Of a DNA stretch of 64,000 bases, positions 58,411 to 64,000 are shown piece by piece. The DNA lies in assembly GCA_951406725.2 (NCBI GenBank), contig OX597842.1, positions 11,222,001-11,286,000 on the forward strand. The letters are read 5' to 3'. Within the stretch, counting starts at the first letter, position 1. Each line of letters opens with the position of its first letter. The translations under genes and the position numbers were made by a program. Under the pieces are notes generated by a model. That model was not told the origin of the DNA. It searched no databases and was given only the letters and a program-made list of their open reading frames with translations. This DNA is from Octopus vulgaris. Its lineage: Eukaryota.

Positions 58411-58812
58411 CTCTTTACTCTTTTACTTGTTTCAGTCAATTGACTGCGGCCATGCTGGAGCACCGCCTTTAGTCGAGCAAATCGACCCCGGGACTTATTC
58501 TTTGTAAGCCCAGTACTTATTCTATCGGTCTCTTTTGCCGAACCGCTAAGTGACGGGGACGTAAACACACCAGCATCGGTTGTCAAGCAATGCTAGGGGG
58601 ACAAACACATACACACAAACACACACATACATATATATATTTATACATATATACGACAGGCTTCTTTCAGTTTCCGTCTACCAAATCCACTCACAAGGCA
58701 TTGGTCGACCCGGGGCTGTAGCAGAAGACACTTGCATAAGATGCCACGCAGTGGGACTGAACCCAGAACCATGTGGTTGGTTAGCAAGCTACTTACCACA
58801 CAGCCACTCCTG
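58411..58812 (-). mobile_element. SINE family A
   Basis: Homology to 10296-10723. Confidence 0.88.
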
Positions 58813-58813
58813 C

Positions 58814-58930
<117 letters not shown>

Positions 58931-59494
58931 GAGTGAAAGACAAGAATAAAAGATAGATATATACACACGCACATATAAAATTATGTATGCATACACACTC
59001 ACACAAGCACATATATACATACAAACACATATATATGTATGAATATATATATATATATTATTAAGCATGCACATATATTCACACACATATACGTGTATAC
59101 ACACACGCACACCAATACATATACATACATAATATAGTTTATACATTGTATATTATTGTGTCTATATATATGCATACGCATATGTGTGCGTGTATGCGTG
59201 TGTGTGTGTGTGTGTGAGCATAAATGTATCAATGCGTGTGATTAGACGTACGTCCATATATGGTGATGTGGAGATTGTGTAGATTCTATTGTATGAGTTT
59301 ATATAAGTGTGCTTGTGTGCGTTCACACGTGTGTGTATACATATATTTATAAATATAATATACATATACGTATGTATATTTATGTATATATTTATATAGA
59401 TACACACATACACACACACACATATATATATATATACATATATATATAGATACATACATACATATATTCATATATATACATACATATAAATATA

Positions 59495-59546
<52 letters not shown>

Positions 59547-60190
59547 TATACATATACCTATATATACTTTTATACACACACGTGTGTGTGTATTGTGTTT
59601 ATTAACGTCTCGTTATTTATATTTAGAGTTGCTTAAGGAGTCTATAATATTTAGGTTATGTAGATACGTTGGTTTAGTAAGTGGAGAAGGAGTGACAGTG
59701 GGAGCGTTGGTTTAGAAGAAGGATAGGGTGTGCTGGTAAGTGGTGTACTGTTGACAAGTGAGGGATAGAGAGAGACAGAGAGAGAGAGAGAGACAAACAG
59801 ACACATAGCAAGTGGATTGAAAGATATATAGACAAATAGATGATAGATAGATATATACATACATACATACGCACACGCATACATGCATGCATACACACAT
59901 ACATACATACATACACACACATACATACATATATACATACATACATACATACATATATACATACATACATACATATATACATACATACATACATACATAC
60001 ATAATACTTACATACATACATACATACACACACACATACATACATACATGCATACATACATACATACATACATACACACACACATACATACATACATGCA
60101 TGCATGCATACATACATACATACATACATACATACATACATACATACATACATACATACATACATACACACACATACATACATACATACA

Positions 60191-60224
<34 letters not shown>

Positions 60225-60379
60225 GACAGTGAGAGAGTGAGGTAGAGTGAGAGGGTGAAAGAGATGAGAAGATAAAAATATAGATCAATAGATCGATACG
60301 TTGATAGATACATATATATATAGAGAGAGAGAGAGAAGGAGAGACGGCACGGATAGACAGATACATAGATGGATAGAGT

Positions 60380-60413
<34 letters not shown>

Positions 60414-60533
60414 TATAGATGGACATACAATCACACAAATAGGCAGACAGAAAGAGTTATGGATCAATTTATAGATAACTTTCTTTTATTAGCCACACAG
60501 GGCTGAATACAGAGGGGACAAATACAAATGCAG

Positions 60534-60850
<317 letters not shown>

Positions 60851-60858
60851 TATATATG

Positions 60859-60965
<107 letters not shown>

Positions 60966-60986
60966 GTAGGTAAGTAGGTAGGTATG

Positions 60987-61109
<123 letters not shown>

Positions 61110-61134
61110 GTAGGTAAGTAGGTAGGTATGTAGG

Positions 61135-61182
<48 letters not shown>

Positions 61183-61187
61183 CAGCC

Positions 61188-61237
<50 letters not shown>

Positions 61238-61304
61238 GTATAGATAGGTATAACACGCATATATCGATATAGATAACAAAATAATCACTGTTGGATTTGC
61301 CTAC

Positions 61305-61417
61305 TTGGCCAGGTCTGGCCTAGGGCTATATAACAGCAATAACAGCATGATCAACAACGCCAGTGCAGACGAATATTTACTGCAGCCACTCCCCACGATG
61401 CTTCAATTTCTCTGCAA
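61305..61417 (-). other. Candidate host exon (5' UTR + signal-peptide-like start)
   Basis: Pyrimidine tract TTCTTCTTTTCACATCTGTTTTTTATCAG| acceptor, ATG at 61348 giving [14 protein letters not shown], donor CAA|GTAGGC; non-repetitive context. Confidence 0.3.
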
Positions 61418-62556
61418 CTGATAAAAAACAGATGTGAAAAGAAGAATCGGCTGTTTGTTAGAACAAGGTAGCGATGATTAAATATAGAAATGTTTTAGAA
61501 ATATTGCGGGCCAATTATGTAGGATATAATGTTTTTTTTTTTTTTTTTTTCTTTTCCCCGTTGGTACTTGGAAATTTCTCAATAATTGACTACGGAAATG
61601 TCTGCAAGAATTCAGCATTTCAGATTTTATCTTCGGAATTACAAAAGACTCTAATGGCATGTTAAACAGTTCCGCCAGACAGAGATCACATCTTTTGCTG
61701 TAACAAATAATTTAGTGAGACACGTGTGTTTTGTAATGTGGCAATCGATGGCATAATTGTTAATATTATCATCTTTTAGACTCCAGATATATTTAGAGAG
61801 TGAAGTAGTAGATTCATCATTTTTTATCTTTGTTACTTTTTTTGTGTATATATGTTTTCGTGTAATATATTTTTCTTATTTTATTATCAATTCATTTCCG
61901 GAATGAATACATATGCTGCAAGAATATTTTTACTCAACGATTTTCATTATATCAATATAGTTTTATTGTCTTCAACAAAGTCGACATTAACTCTGCCAAC
62001 TAGAGAAAGCGACAATCCGTTTAAACGGCAAATATTAAGGATCTTGCAACAAAATATTAGGGGTAGAATTTTAGTATCCCTACTGAAAAGGTTCCTGCTC
62101 TTTATATTGTCTATAAAATCCCGATTTTATTCACTAAACAGCTTCTAATATCTATATAATATACCTTATATATAATAACTTACTATAACTATGTTCAATG
62201 GAGAAGAGCTTATTTATAAAGCTTAATAAATTCCTAACAATATTAAACCGCAAATATATACAAAATAAAAGGAGAATCATACGATTTAATCTTTCGTTTT
62301 CCCTCTTTGATTCCTGTAGCGCAATTTATTCGCTTTGAAGCGATTCGCTTCTAATGCCTTGTTGTAATAATGCGTTGCGAGATTTAATGAATTATTTGCA
62401 GTTCCTGGATAAGCTGGATATGCGCTTATTGAAGTTATAAGGGATTTTAAGGATTAATGGGGGCGGGGAGGGCGGTTGGTAAATATTTCCCTTACACTGC
62501 AGTCTCTGGATAGCTTTACTGCAAGGAAACATATAGATCTACAGAAACTGTATATC

Positions 62557-62688
<132 letters not shown>

Positions 62689-62772
62689 GTATATATATAT
62701 ATATATATTACTCTACCACTGGTATTTGAGTACTCTTTTTTCCACCTTGTTTCACATTTATGTGTTTACTCC

Positions 62773-62810
<38 letters not shown>

Positions 62811-63177
62811 AATATATGTGTATTTGTGTCGTTACAAATGTATAGATTCTCAGTCTCCCTCTCACCCCCTTCTCTCTCTCTCTCACTCTCTTTATACATA
62901 CATACATATATATATATATATGGTTTTATTTGTTATTTGTTTCAGTTTTTTGAAGGCGACCATGCTTGAGCACCGCCTTTGTTCGAACGAATAGATCCCA
63001 GTACTTATTCATTGTAGCCCCAGTACTTATTCTATCGATCTCTTTTGCCGAACTGCTCAGTTACAGCGATGTAAACACATCAACATCGGTTGTCAAACCG
63101 ATGTTGGAAGTGACAACCACAGACACATCAATACATACACACATACACACACACACCCACACACACACACATACATG

Positions 63178-63278
<101 letters not shown>

Positions 63279-63618
63279 CAGAAAAGCAGGTAAGTTATTC
63301 CTCTACAATTTTTGTAACTTCTCAGATATATAAATATACCTCCTTCTGTGTATACATATACTACTAAACAAACATGATTTTTCTTGAACTCCTAATACTT
63401 TTTGGAGTCCCGTTCTGATTACTTTCTTAGATACTTTCTTGAAAACTGTTTTTAACATTTTCTTATTATCATCAAAGAATGTATTTATGTTTTTTAATAC
63501 TTTTGTGACAACCAGTACTTAACATAACAAAGCTTATACAAAGTGAAACCGGTCAAGTGAATAAACATCTTTAAAATGGCATTTTCAAACCTTCTTTCAT
63601 ATATCTATCTATGCTTTG

Positions 63619-63690
<72 letters not shown>

Positions 63691-63717
63691 CAAAATAAGA
63701 AAATGGAGAAATACATC

Positions 63718-64000
63718 TTGCCGAACCGCTAAGTGACGTGGACGTTAACACGCCAGCATCGGTTGTCAAGCAATGCTAAGGGGACAAACACAAACATATA
63801 CACACACACTTATATATATATATATATATACATATATATGTCCATATATACGACAGGCTTCTTTCAGTTTCCGTCTACCAAATCCACTCACAAGGCATTG
63901 GTCAGCCCGGGGCTATAGCAGAAGGCACTTGCCCAAGATGCCACGCAGTGGTATTGAACCCGGAACCATGTGGTTGGTAAGCAAGCTACTTACCACACAG
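63718..64000 (-). mobile_element. SINE family A, tail missing and cut by the window edge
   Basis: Homology to 10296-10723; a diverged tail fragment lies at 62935-63130. Confidence 0.85.

Overview
AT-rich animal genomic DNA saturated with (TA)n, (CA)n, (GATA)n and trinucleotide microsatellites. The SINE families resemble those of Octopus (coleoid cephalopod); this is my recognition, not a database result. No intact host gene is recognisable, and nearly all ORFs in the track are microsatellite artefacts. The window holds three tRNA-derived SINE families, LINE relics (CR1-type, RTE, R4/Dong), a probable Penelope GIY-YIG relic, Tc1/mariner and Tigger relics, non-autonomous Helitrons and a ~380-bp interstitial (TTAGGG)n array. 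The main signal is about 18 type I hammerhead ribozyme (HHR) motifs, found by manual folding, in roughly a dozen unrelated short non-coding elements, most of them beside (TA)n tracts. Most have short palindromic stem III, three families carry the compensatory U3-A8 core, and several show an inverted partial copy plus a direct-repeat-bounded monomer of 303-596 nt. In one element the 5' end coincides with the predicted cleavage site. This fits a diverse set of non-autonomous Penelope-type/retrozyme-like mobile RNAs. Ribozyme activity is inferred from structure only, and boundaries of degenerate repeats are approximate.
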